NCBI RefSeq assembly: GCF_964355755.1
Contig: NC_092677.1
Coordinates: forward strand, 17,444,101 to 17,508,100
Direction of reading: 5' to 3'
DNA length: 64,000 nucleotides
From: Antedon mediterranea
Lineage: Eukaryota > Animalia > Echinodermata
The notes under the pieces were generated by a model that was not told the origin of the DNA, searched no databases, and saw nothing but the letters and a program-made list of their open reading frames with translations. Shown in pieces: positions 1 to 12,840 of the stretch. The position numbers and the translations under genes are program-made. Position 1 is the first letter of the stretch, and each line of letters begins with the position of its first letter.

Positions 1-62
1 ATATAATAAAGCGCAATATAATATAAACATCCAATCCATATCTTGATTCATACAGTACTTAC

Positions 63-3000
63 TGCTTCGCTGAATTTTGTTTTGATGATGCCAGGTGCAA
101 GAGCATTGACTCGTATTCCAAGACGAGCACACTGTGGAGCCAAAGCTTTGGTTAAACCAAAGAGGGCAGTCTTGCTTACTGAATAAGGTCCTAGTAGCTA
201 TAGAAATAAAAATAAATTCAACATTTATTTGGTCACTCACATAAAAAATTAAAAAGATATATTGTTCCCCTGAAAAATATTTTTTTTAAATGTTTTTGCT
301 GAATATGCCATTTTAATTTAATATATTTTATTACTTTGATCAAAATTGGATCAGCAAAACAAATATTTACATGAAAAAACTAATTTAGAGCAATAACAAG
401 TTTAATTGTCTGCTAGACAATGACTTTTTGGGCTAAATTTTACTGTTTATTTTGTCTTTTTATAAGTGAAAACTTTAATGGCCTATTCAAGTCGTTTTTG
501 TAATTAATCATCATTTTTCATGTTTTTGGGGATAATAAATCTTTAATATTTTTGTAGGAAAACAAAATTATGTAAAATTCACATACCTCAAAAGGAACAT
601 ATCCACCAATAGATGACACTATAACTATAGAACCACCACTATGAATAAATAAAATACAATAACAATAATAAATAAATAACAATATTTATCACATTCAAGC
701 TGGGGCCCACTGTGAAAGGTCATGCCAAATTCAATGAACCCTAACAAAGGAACTGAATGTGGGTGGAGTTATGAGTTCTTCAAGTTTTCTTACCCTCTCT
801 TCTCCATCTGAGTTACAGCATCCTTGATCAAAAGAAATGTGGCCTTTACATTCACATCAAAAATCTATAAAAAAAAACATTTTTTAAATAAATATGGATG
901 GGAGGTCAGTCCGGACAAATTACACCAGGTTGCAAGTTGATCAAATGCCACGTTAGGAACTACTGTAGTAGGCTTTTTCCCAATTGAAACAGAAAGTTGT
1001 TCGGAAAACAGAACCTGACTAGGTAATGCACGTTGATAGTCTCCAGGATCTTGATACATCTTCTGAGCCCCATTCTGCCTAAGAATTCTTTTGACAGGCC
1101 CTGGATTCCAACACTCAGTATTTTCTTAAGGATTTCTTGATACAAAATAGGCTTGGCTCAACAGCTACTTAGATTCAATTATATTTTGAACTGTTTTGCA
1201 CCATTTGATAAAATATTTTTGGCTCAATTAATTGAAACACTTACCTTATCCCATGCTTCCTCGGTGGTCTGCAAAATAATTATAATATTTTAAGATAAAT
1301 GAAAATAGCTTATAATCTAAATCAAGCTACAGTCACAACATCAGTTGCTTTTTAATGAAAATTCAGATCTATGGTATTTTTAATATATTACTTACATCAA
1401 GTATTGGTCCAAAAACAGGATTAACAGCAGCATTAGATACAAATATGTCAATTCCACCTTGTTGTTCTACTGTCTGCAAGGGAACAAATTTAAGGACAGT
1501 AACAATTTAATATATTGCATAGCATATTTGCTATATTTTTAATGACCATAGATATATATCGATCAGGATTTTAAATGATTACAGAACATTCTAGGCCACT
1601 TTTAAAATTTAAAAGCCTAGTTAAAAAATGTGTATTATGTAGGAAAGGAGTACCCATGTTCATGAGAGCATAATTAAATACACTTGTTAAGTGATAATAG
1701 AACCCACGATCTCCAGATCACTAGTCTGGCGTTCGTACCTCTAAACCACCAAGCTTGCACTGATGGCTAGGGTTGGGATTCAAGCCCAATATAAGAGAGA
1801 AGATTTCTGGATGGTGCAGGTTTAAATTTTTTTATTTCAATGCATACTGAATTTATAAGGCGTTTTCGATGCTCTTCTTTTGCAACATGGCACACCATTC
1901 CAGAAACTTTAATGTTTTCCGATTTCAGTTGATTTACTGCTTTGTCTACATTGTTTTCTTTCCTACTGCTCACAACAACATGTGCTCCTTCTTGACCAAG
2001 GCGTCTTGCTATTGAAAACCCAATTCTTTTAAAGAAAAAACATAGTTTATAAATTTGTATATGATTATAATGTATGACTGTGACACCTAGGCTATGATGT
2101 CAGTAGACTTGTCACCCGCCGGAACCTATAGAGGAAGAGACCACCACTTTTTAAAAAACAAATTGGGATTGATCTTTGAACTAGTGACATATGGGACACA
2201 TCTTGCAATTCAATTCAATTTAATTCAATTCAACTTTATTTCAGACAAACTGTCCATATGAAATATATAAATACAATAAAAAATAATACAAAGCATTATG
2301 TGACAACCGTCATGGAGAGAGGACTAATAATTATTTGTTGACATTATAGTGCCTCTTATTCTTAAAATGTGGATTATGTTTTGGCAATGATTGGCATTAC
2401 TACATTTTTGCACCTACCGAGATTATCTTTAAGTTAAGCCAATTTTCCAATTACTGTGTCAGTAATTATTTGTAAATGACGCACCCATGATGCAACTCTC
2501 CCGGAGGGTCGTATAGTGGGTCATACAATTGAGTACATTAATATGCATGCGCACAGAGGGATTTAAAAGATCAAAACATGAATGGATGCATATATAAGCT
2601 GATGCTTGCGATTCGCGCAAACATATTCCCCAGATTCGGCTTTAGGTTCAGGTCTCAACAAACACTGTACTAATTTATTTAGAGTTGCCGTTACCTGTAC
2701 TTCTAAAGCTAAACCCTAAAATAAAAAGCGATAATTAATAAAAAGTGAATTGCCATGGCAATAGCACCAACATATCAAGCAGTATCAGACACTAACAAAG
2801 TTTTTGCTGAAAGGCTTGGTATAAATTGTTTAGGATTTTAGATAGTTTCATACAAATAAAAGCCATACATGGCCTAGGCCCTAGGCCTAGCTCATAATAT
2901 AGGAGGCCTATCTATGGAGTTTGATGCACACCCACCCATCTGTTGAAGCCGTGACAATAGCTACTTTTCCTTCTAGCCTCCTCGCCTTTGGAACTGCGGT

Positions 3001-3093
3001 CATATTTGATGTGTACCGTGTACAGATAATACCAGCGCTTTTGGGTAGATTTGCTGCAGTTCGTGAAAACATAAGGGCAGCTTGTCTCATCAT
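63..3093 (-). CDS. DHRS4: Dehydrogenase/reductase SDR family member 4 (peroxisomal NADPH-dependent carbonyl/retinol reductase); 5' seven exons, 3' end lies beyond position 1
   Basis: Exons (minus) 2936-3093, 1848-2025, 1396-1473, 1245-1268, 794-864, 587-638, 63-197; all GT-AG with consistent phases. Spliced protein contains [63 protein letters not shown], catalytic YSVSK and [16 protein letters not shown], typical of DHRS4/DHRS2. Confidence 0.93.
1700..1757 (-). mobile_element. tRNA-derived SINE head fragment in DHRS4 intron 2
   Basis: Reverse complement reads GCTTGGTGGTTTAGAGGT...GACTAGTGATCTGGAGATCGTGGGTTCT with A-box-like and B-box-like segments but no acceptor stem. Confidence 0.4.
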
Positions 3094-3250
3094 GTTTATA
3101 AATTGTTCAGCAGTTTTTGTTTTAAAATATTGTTAATGATTACGATTAATCACGTTTCGAAGATGTCCAAAAATAAATAAATCCAGGCACCCGATATTAG
3201 GATTGAGGGCGCTGCTCTATGTTTTTATTTTTAGATCGTGTTTTTTTGTT

Positions 3251-3984
3251 CGCCGTGGTTAGGATTCCGGCACCGGAACTCAACTTCCCAGCGTTAGGGA
3301 TTCCGACACGCTATTGCGCATGCCCAGAGCGAGGTAATCGGCAGCGATGGATTATTTCATAGCTGCGCCACACGGCGAACTAGCCTAGATGCCTTCTAAT
3401 ATGGGATCCACTAATCTAGGCTAGGGCTACCAGTTAGACTACGTGACCAGTGGGCCTATAGTATTTATTTTGTAATTAAAAAGTGGTTGCTTCATTCATA
3501 TATAAAATTCATATCATTATGAATTATATAAATACATGACTAGTTTTATGATTTTTCATAACGCATTATACTGTACATATACAACATGCAATCACAAGTT
3601 GATTTGTTGACGGCAGCCACCGCGTGGATGTGAAAAAACTGTTCGGGAAGTCAGGGTCGCAACGCTAAAAACAGCATTACGATTCTTAGATAGATACTGA
3701 TACTTATTAATATCATAATTATTTTAACGCGTGGCGTAGTCATATTTTAATTATTAATTCATGTATGGCATAGGCCAAGTTTCATCCATCGCTCTCTCGC
3801 TCGCGCAACGACTATCTAGGCTACAGTAAATCCCTATAACACTCCGACTCTCCGTGGTGTGGCACTATTATTAGTGCAAGCTATAATTCACTTCCCAGAG
3901 CTCTGGGCATGCGCAATAGCGTGTCGGATTCCCTAACGCGACGGTGGGCAGTTGAGTTCCGGTGCCGGAATCCTAACCACGGCG
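3251..3984. mobile_element. Non-autonomous TIR element (MULE/Mutator-like MITE) in the DHRS4-TK2 bidirectional intergenic region
   Basis: About 80-bp TIRs (CGCCGTGGTTAGGATTCCGGCACCGGAACTCAACT...GCTATTGCGCATGCCCAGAGC at 3251-3330, reverse complement at about 3900-3984), flanked on both sides by TTTTTTGTT (9-bp TSD, typical of MULEs). Confidence 0.8.
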
Positions 3985-4036
3985 TTTTTTGTTTACATGT
4001 TCGGACTTGCGGCGTGCGGAGATTATTATAATTGAA

Positions 4037-7000
4037 ATGATTTTATTTTTATCTATTCCACAGTTTAGTGAGCCATTAACTCACTTACTATCTGGTCGTG
4101 TATTTACAACTTTAATAAACGGTGGTTTTTCCCAAAGAAAAAGGCTTTTATCGAATATTTCTAGTGTAGGCCCTCAATATTTGTGGAATCGTCAACAATA
4201 TCATTTTTCTCCCCGACTTTATTGTCATCTTTCTGCAACATCCAGACACACAAGGCTGGGCCTATTATCAAAATATAGTAAGACGCAATTTTACTCAACT
4301 AGGCCTAGTAGTACTAAAGGAAGTAATATGTTTGAAAAACCAATTGTTGTAAGTATTATTCATTATTGACAATTGTATTATTTGAAACAAATTTAATTTT
4401 AATTATAAATTATATTATTATGTTATTATTTAGTTTATAATAAATAAGCTTCTTTTTCAGGAATCGAACAAGATGAATTTTATAATAATATTAAGGAGCT
4501 TTCGATTTGTGGAAGCAAACTAGGCCTATTATAATATTATGTCATGTTAATTTATTGTGCGCCGGGATATTAGTACCGGTATGTGATTCCTCGCTCCACG
4601 CGTCAACACATTTTTGATGGTTTCTATAGGTTCAGGTGACAATCAACGACATATCGATATCACAATAAGCTAACAGTGAACTTATGAGAAAGAAACTATA
4701 CATGCGAAAGGATCATTAATTAATGTACTTTCACACACATGTAGATAGTCTTAGTAGACGAGGTAAATCGGCGCTCTGTGCATTAGCGCCAAACTGTCGC
4801 ATCTGGTCCGATATTTGATGCACTGTTTTATGAAATTGAATTATCTGGTATTGTTTTCTGGTGTAACCCTTGTAACAAATCATGTTCACTACGTAGCTGT
4901 AGAGTACAAAAGTCTTTTTTTTAGCATGCGTAAACTGACTCATTACCACTTAAAAGAAATATTTATTGAGGCAGAAAATTACTACTTTGCTTAGGCCTTG
5001 GCAGAACACAAAATGTACTGAAAAAACAACAAATTTGGAAACCCAATTAAAACTGTTGGAATCAAATATAAATTTAAAAATATGTGGAAGTGTCAAATTT
5101 TATGTTTATTTGACAGCAACTTTCCTGGGAATTTCCAGTGGAAAATCCAAATATATGCTAAACTATGAAATGTACATTAGTAAACGTTATTTTCACTTTG
5201 GTTGTATATCCAACTTGGAATTTCCGGAATAACAATGCCCTTGATTTACAGAAGCTTTCCTGGGAATTTCCAGTGGAAATTCCAAATCTATGCTGAGTCA
5301 ACTATGTACATTTTAATATTTGAACTTGATTTTTAACTTGAGCAAGTATCTAAATTGGAAATTACAAAGTTGGATGACTAATTAGATTATTGAACAAGAT
5401 TATAAATGTCATTGATTTCCTGTGTGTTCCTAACTTGAAAATTCCAATGTGTGATGATGAACTACTTTATTTAAACAATTTAGATAAAATACTGTTTAGA
5501 TAAAAACATAGTGTTGAACTTGATTTTAAGGGCTATATGAGGACAAAAAAATTCTATTGATCAGACATTCCCAATCATTTTCGATCTATAGTTTCCCCTA
5601 TGTTTCATAATTTTTGGGATTTTATTTGTTTTACACGATCTTGCTGAAAACAAGCACTTTCTTATCAGTGGGGAGATAGTTCAAATTACACATTACATCC
5701 TTCACTAAATGTGTGTACATCATGTACATCTTATGGAAAATTTAATAAAAAATAAATAGTAATAGTGTTTACCCTCTAAAAGTTTTAAAAATAATAATAG
5801 TTAATAAACATAAAGATTATTACTGAAATTTCTTTCCAGGTTGCCGTTGAAGGGAACATTGGTAGCGGTAAAACTGTTATGCTGGATTTCTTTGAGAAAA
5901 ATGTTCCAGAAGTTGAAATATTGATGGAACCAGTACACAAATGGCGTAACTACAATGGACACAATTTACTAGTAATAAATACTTTCCATATAATTACCAC
6001 CATCACAATACACAAAACGTTTCATACATAAAATGAGATCAAAGGTAGCAACTCCTAGGCCCACTCGACCCCAGGCCTTACAAACATGTTTCTCTTTACA
6101 TAAATTTGCGTAAATCTGGGAAGAGATAAAAAGTTATTTTAACATGCTCCACAAGGCAATGAATGTTCCTTCCCATTTTTTGATGTTGATAAGGGTTAAA
6201 CTTTATATGCAAAATCATACTATGTTAACATTTTCTGGTGCAATATTTTGTTTGGGGATGAACCTTTCGCATAAAAAAAGCATTTATATTACTCTAGGCT
6301 GTAGGTAATAATCAGTAATACTGCACCCAAATTGTATTTAGTGTCATTTAATTTCTTTGTATCAGGGCATGATGTACAAAGACCCTGAAAGATGGAGTTT
6401 TACCTTCCAATCGTATGTTCAGTTAACAATGGCGGAAAGCCACCAGACAAAACAAACCAAACCAGTTCTGATGAGAGAACGCTCTATCTTTGGTGCCAAG
6501 TACTGCTTTGTAGAAAACTTATATGAATGGTGAGTATATACTGCCAAAGCTACACACCTAACTTCTAAAGAGTAGGTAGAGGGTTACCCGATGTACTGGT
6601 CTATCAGCTCTTAATTCATAATAGGTGTTGCACTCTGGCTGCAGTGGGTCTATAGAGGACCTAATCCAAATATGATGAAACAAAAAAAAGAAGATCCATA
6701 TCAATAAATATGTTGCGTACTATAAATTGAATATAATTGATAATTTTTTTTTCAGTAAAAAGATGTCTAAAGCAGAATATGATGTGTTAACAGGCTGGTT
6801 TGATTGGATAATTGAAAATCAAAAACCAAAAATTGATAGAATAAGTATGTATTGATTTGTTCACCCTTTATAAACATGTTACATACTGCTATAACAAGTC
6901 ATTTTACTGTATTTGTATGGCAATACACCGTATACCCTAATAGAACAAAACGGTAACATGTTAAACACCATGGAATATATATATATATATATACAATTCG

Positions 7001-8242
7001 TACTGAACTACCCGTGTGGGTATAAAATAGATGCTTTATAGTGTGTTTTTATCACTTATCATTATTTTTTTCTTTTCAAAAGTTTACTTAAGGACAACTC
7101 CAGAAAACTGTCAGCTCCGCATTAAGGAACGTTCACGTAATGAAGAAAGTAGTATTCCCATTGAGTATTTACAAGATCTTCATCAGCTACATGAGGATTG
7201 GTTGGTGAATAAAACAAGGTTTTCATTACCAGCACCAGTTACAGTAAGTTGTTATTTATTCTTTTTATAGTTATTTGCTAATATTTGTTCTTATAGAGAT
7301 GTGTTGTCTCTCAAAACATGCTCTCTTATAACTTATACCAAGCGTCCGTGACGCTTAACTAATACACTGAGTGAACAAATATGTAAGAATAGACTGTATT
7401 AGAACCCTTCGTTTCATACATCGCTATTCACTCTCCTGGGTAGCATATGAGAAGTAATATACTATTACTACGGCCTAACCCTATGGACCACCCCAAGGGA
7501 CAAGCCTCTTCAAGAAACACCCCTCTTCAATGGATACCCCTCTTCAAGAAACACCTCCTCAAAAAAGACCCTCTTCAATGAACACCCCTCTTCAAGAAAC
7601 ACCCTCCTCAAAAAAGACCCTTCTTCAATGGATACCCCTCGTCAAGAAAAACCCCTCTTCAAAAAAGACCCCTCTTCAATGGATACCCCTCTTCAAGAAA
7701 CACCCCTCTTCAAGAAACACCCTCTTCAAAAAACACCCCTCTTCAATGGATACCCCTCTTCAATGGATACCCCTCTTCAAGAAACACCCCTCCTCAAAAA
7801 AGGCCCTCTTCAATGGACACCCCTCTTCAAGAAACACCCTCTTCAATGGGTACCCCTCTTCAAGAAGAACTCCTCTTCAAAAAAGACCCTCTTCAATGGA
7901 CACCCCTCTTCAGAAAACACCCCTCTTCAGAAAACACCCCTCTTCAATGAATACCCCTCTTCAAGAAACACCCCTCTTCAAAAAAGACCCTTTTCAAGGG
8001 ACACCCCTCTTCAAGGGACACCCCTCTTAAAAAAACGTGTCCTACCATAGGACTCTACTTATATTTCACAATATTAAATTTGACCTTTTTGACCTTTGGT
8101 TTATGACAATTGAACCAACTGTATAGTAAACACTTTACATTTGTTTATTTATTGCCGTTAGGTATTAGATGCAAATTTACCACTTGACCAGATGTTCAAA
8201 TTATACACTGATGATCAAAACGAACTCCTGACAGTCAGGTGA
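4037..8242 (+). CDS. TK2: Thymidine kinase 2 / deoxynucleoside kinase, with N-terminal mitochondrial-presequence-like extension, 312 aa
   Basis: Exons 4037-4348, 5840-5971, 6366-6529, 6756-6844, 7083-7243, 8162-8242 (939 nt, GT-AG, phases consistent). P-loop [42 protein letters not shown] motif, lid [36 protein letters not shown]. Start codon (4037 vs 4328) is uncertain. Confidence 0.92.
5525..5615 (+). mobile_element. Terminal fragment of a dispersed TTAA-flanked (Kolobok-like) repeat; second copy inverted at about 47220-47306
   Basis: TTAAGGGC...AAAAATTCTATTGATCAGACATTCC...TATAGTTTCCCCTATGTTTCATAATT matches the reverse complement of 47220-47306, which ends ...GGCCTTTAA. Confidence 0.5.
7495..8030. 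repeat. About 17-bp minisatellite in TK2 intron 5
   Basis: Roughly 30 interleaved units AAGAAACACCCCTCTTC / AATGGATACCCCTCTTC / AAAAAAGACCCTCTTC. Confidence 0.95.
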
Positions 8243-8689
8243 ACATACAAATATAAACCAATGAGAGCCCCAAACTGTGGATAAGAGAAGATGTCCAGCG
8301 TTGTTAAACTTGCATATCATAATCTAGGTGTATAATAATAGACTCAATATAAGAGTTTATGTAATTTCTATTTGTGTATGTTGCATGCGCCATTTATTTA
8401 CAGTGTTGGCTTTAAGAGAACATTTTACACTGGCCTGATACTTCACATATAAATGCGACAAGCTTGTCTACACAAGTCCAAGAACTTAGTTTTATTTTGA
8501 CAAACAGTTTGTTTTCAGTACAATTGCGAAAAAAGCAAATTATGATGAACTATTATTTTTATTTATTTTTTTTATTTATTCGACTTTTCACTAACTCAGT
8601 TAGTGAAGGATCTGGACCAACAGGTGGTAAACACCTCTAAAACGGTCCAGTCCCAATTTGCACAGTGGTTGTGTGTGACAGTGGCTGTG

Positions 8690-8779
8690 TTTGTGTGGAC
8701 TAGTACACCGGGGTAACCCCCTACTCATCTCGAAAGATGTACTAGGTTCTTTAAAGTGCGCATGAGCTATGTGTACACT

Positions 8780-8813
<34 letters not shown>

Positions 8814-8815
8814 TA
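8690..8815 (-). mobile_element. SINE central-domain fragment (DeuSINE/Nin-domain-like)
   Basis: Reverse complement AGTCTTCTCAGATAAGGACTATAAACCGTAGGTCC...GCACTTTAAAGAACCTAGTACATCTTTCGAGATGAGTAGGGGGTTACCCCGG resembles the conserved Nin domain of deuterostome SINEs (recognised from memory). Confidence 0.55.
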
Positions 8816-11061
8816 TTATGATGGATGGATGGATGAATTAATTAAATTAACTTTATGTTTGCTTGTTCTATAAAGCATACTATAATGTCAATAGCACATT
8901 TTGGCAATGCATAACTTCATGTGAAAAGTGGCAATACATATTAAAGACACTTAGACCTACGTTTTTTTTTTACCTAATTTAAGGTCACACACTACATTTT
9001 ATGTAAAAATAAATACTATATGGGCATATTCCGATTTTTTTAAACGGTTAAAATGTTGAAAAATAAATTGATTCTAATCATTTTAGCGGCCTGCTATAAA
9101 TCCCAACATGCATTGCGCGGATTGTGATGAACCTATTTCGACTGATCGCGTGAAAGGATAAATAAATAACCAAACCGTAACTTTTCAGCAAAATTACCAG
9201 GTACAATTACAATTTGTATAAACGGATTCTTCCAAAAAAGAAAGACAATTAATTTAGCAATGATACAACATTAGGCTAGGCCTAGCTAGCGTACAATATT
9301 CGTATGTTACCTCTCTTTACCAGCTAGGCCAACCAAACTAAGCCTAACTAAGCTAGGCCTAGGTCTAGAAACGTCTTTCGACACGAGCTACTTAGGTAGT
9401 GCATTGTTATTCTCTTTTTATCATAATTAACCTTAGAATGCACATTTAAGACAAGAATAACCTGGGTTAATGTTTTTTTAAAGTTATATTTACATGTGAA
9501 AAGTGCACTGAGGTCAAATGTACATGAGATGCAATACCTTAGTCGTACTGTAGATAGTGCCAGGTCAATAGTTCATCAGTCAAATTATTAGAGCCCCCCC
9601 GCCCCCCATTTTACATGATGCAATGACATAGGACTGTTTTGGGTCAAAAAGATTGTGCTTAGTCCTTGTGTAGGTCAACAGTATACAAATAATATTTATA
9701 AATGCAATGGTACAAATAATTTCATTCAGTGATAAATTTTGAGGCCAAGTGAAAATAGATCAGTTCATCTTTCACCGAATGAAACTATTTGTGCTATTGC
9801 ATGAATATTAAACATTCATGTTTTATAACACACCTACTACTTTTAATGACAGGCTAGGCCAGAACGAAACCATTCGAGAAGGCAGCAATCCAATTTTGGA
9901 TGTGGAGTAGAGCGCGAGACTATGTTGATTTTTTAACAGCCTAGCCTTGTGTCACATCTTCCTCTTGCTCACTGTGTAACAAGAATATTGCACTTTGACT
10001 TGAAGGTTCAATATAGTATTTATTGAATATCATGTGAACCACAATTGTCCAATCAAATGACCAGAATCTATTCAGCTATGTTATAATACATGATGCACTG
10101 TATGATTTACATAATTTGTTATGTATAAATAAGGTGGTCAAAGACTTATGTACATTGATGAACAATATAATTCATTTAATTCAGCAACGTGTTATAATGC
10201 ACACAAAATGGTAAAAAGTAGAAGGTGCTCTTAAACACCGCCCTTAAACGTGTCTTGTGTAACATAGTCTCGGCAGGGTATGCCATGGTAGCAAAGTTAC
10301 TATTTGTGTAAAAATAAAGTCATTATTATAAATAATTTATTAGTTGTTGTTTTATATTTTATTCATTGGACTTGATAATGACCCCATGATGGAGTCGAAA
10401 CGTCGTTATTTTTTAAGCGTTATTTTTATATTATGTATCAATATTAGTTGTACAAATGATATTGTAAAAAGTTTACAATATACATTTTAAATGAACAGTA
10501 CTTTTTTGTATACAGTATAATTATTTACTCTTGTAAATGACATCATTTATTATAATTTGTTTTCATTGGTATATTCATGTGATAATTGACATCAACAGTA
10601 ATATTGTCTGTTTATAATACAGTATAGTAAGATTTTGTGCTACACCATATGTTGGGAAATAAAGTATGGTTGAGAATGTCAAAATTGCAGTTGTTACGAT
10701 ACAACCATCTTCTGGAGAATGTGGTATTAAAAAATACAGTTCCAATGTTGTCCCTACTACAGTACTTTAAAATGCTCCAGAATGTCTCCGTTGAAAGTAG
10801 GATATGCCTTACTGTATTTGTGGCCGAGCTATGTTTTGCTAAATGAGTTATTGCCGGTAATAAAAATATATAATGTATTTTTAAATACTGTAAAAATAAA
10901 AATAATACATCAAATAATATGTGTCGCACTTCTTTTCCTTATGATTCCCTGAACAACTATTTCTGACAAGTATCTTACGTCTAGGACAACTTTCCCTTGG
11001 CTTAACTACCCACTAGGACAAATAACTACACAATAAGGAAAACCACCACTAGCAACGCGAC

Positions 11062-12840
11062 ACAACTATCCCCTCGGACAACTATCCCCTAGGACAACTA
11101 TCCCCTAGGACAACTATCCCCTAGGACAACTATCCCCTAGGACAACTATCCCCTAGGACATCTATCCCCTAGGACAACTATCCCCTAGGACAACTATCCC
11201 CTAGGACAACTATCCCCTAGGACAACTATCCCCTAGGACAACAATCCCCTAGGACAACAATCCCCTAGAACAACTATCCCCTAGGACATCTATCCCCTAG
11301 GACATCTATCCCCTAGGACATCTATCCCCTAGGACAACTATCCCCTAGGACAACTATCCCCTAGGACATCTATCCCCTAGGACAACTATCCCCTAGGACA
11401 ACTATCCCCTAGGACAACTATCCCCTAGGACAACTATCCCCTAGGACATCTATCCCCTAGGACAACTATCCCCTAGGACAACTCTCCCCTAGGACAACTA
11501 TCTCCTAGGACAACTATCTCCTAGGACAACTATCCCCTAGGACAACTATCCCCTAGGACAACTATCCCCTAGGACAACTATCCCCTAGGACAACTATACC
11601 CTAGGACAACTATACCCTAGGACAACTGTCCCCTAGGACAACTGTCCCCTAGGACAACTGTCCCCTTGGACAACTATCCCCTTGGACAACTATTCCCTAG
11701 GACAACTATACCCTAGGACAACTGTCCCCTAGGACAACTGTCCCCTAGGACAACTATCCCCTAGGACAACTATCCCCTAGGACAACTATCCCCTAGGACA
11801 ACTCTCCCCTAGGACAACTATCTCCTAGGACAACTATCTCCTAGGACAACTATCCCCTAGGACAACTATCCCCTAGGACAACTATCCCCTAGGACAACTA
11901 TCCCCTAGGACAACTATACCCTAGGACAACTATACCCTAGGACAACTGTCCCCTAGGACAACTGTCCCCTAGGACAACTGTCCCCTAGGACAACTGTCCC
12001 CTTGGACAACTATCCCCTTGGACAACTATTCCCTAGGACAACTATACCCTAGGACAACTGTCCCCTAGGACAACTGTCCCCTAGGACAACTATCCCCTAG
12101 GGCAACTATCCCCTAGGACAACTATCCCCTAGGACAACTATCCCCTAGGACAACTATACCCTAGGACAACTATACCCTAGGACAACTGTCCCCTAGGACA
12201 ACTGTCCCCTAGGACAACTGTCCCCTAGGACAACTGTCCCCTTGGACAACTATCCCCTTGGACAACTATTCCCTAGGACAACTATACCCTAGGACAACTG
12301 TCCCCTAGGACAACTGTCCCCTAGGACAACTATCCCCTAGGGCAACTATCCCCTTGGACAACTATTCCCTAGGACAACTATCCCCTAGGACAACTATCCC
12401 CTAGGACAACTATCCCCTTGGACAACTATTCCCTAGGACAACTATACCCTAGGACAACTGTCCCCTAGGACAACTGTCCCCTAGGACAACTATCCCCTAG
12501 GGCAACTATCCCCTTGGACAACTATCCCCTTGGACAACTATCCCCTAGGACAACTATCCCCTAGGACAACTATCCCCTAGGACAACTATCCCCTAGGACA
12601 ACTGTCCCCTAGGACAACTATCCCCTTGGACAACTATTCCCTAGGACAACTATCCCCTTGGACAACTATCTCCTAGGACAACTATCCCCTTGGACAACTA
12701 TTCCCTAGGACAACTATACCCTAGGACAACTGTCCCCTAGGACAACTGTCCCCTAGGACAACTATCCCCTAGGACAACTATCCCCTCGGACAAATATCCC
12801 ATAGGACAACTATCCCCTAGGACAACTATCCCCTTGAACA
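11062..12840. repeat. 16-bp minisatellite (GGACAACTATCCCCTA)n, about 110 copies with higher-order structure
   Basis: Strict 16-bp period; variant blocks recur at 320-bp (11481 vs 11801) and 240-bp (11941 vs 12181) spacing; degenerate units on both flanks (10980-11060, 12840-12950). Confidence 0.98.

Noticed and set aside
7530-8050. 166-aa and 140-aa ORFs
   Set aside because: Translations of an intronic minisatellite inside TK2.
9690-10090. Crypton-like non-autonomous element (hairpin 9703-9802; related sequence at 22850-22950)
   Set aside because: An imperfect hairpin is visible, but the boundaries and family cannot be supported by eye.
11062-12840. CRISPR-like array
   Set aside because: Units are contiguous with no unique spacers, there are no cas genes, and the context is eukaryotic.
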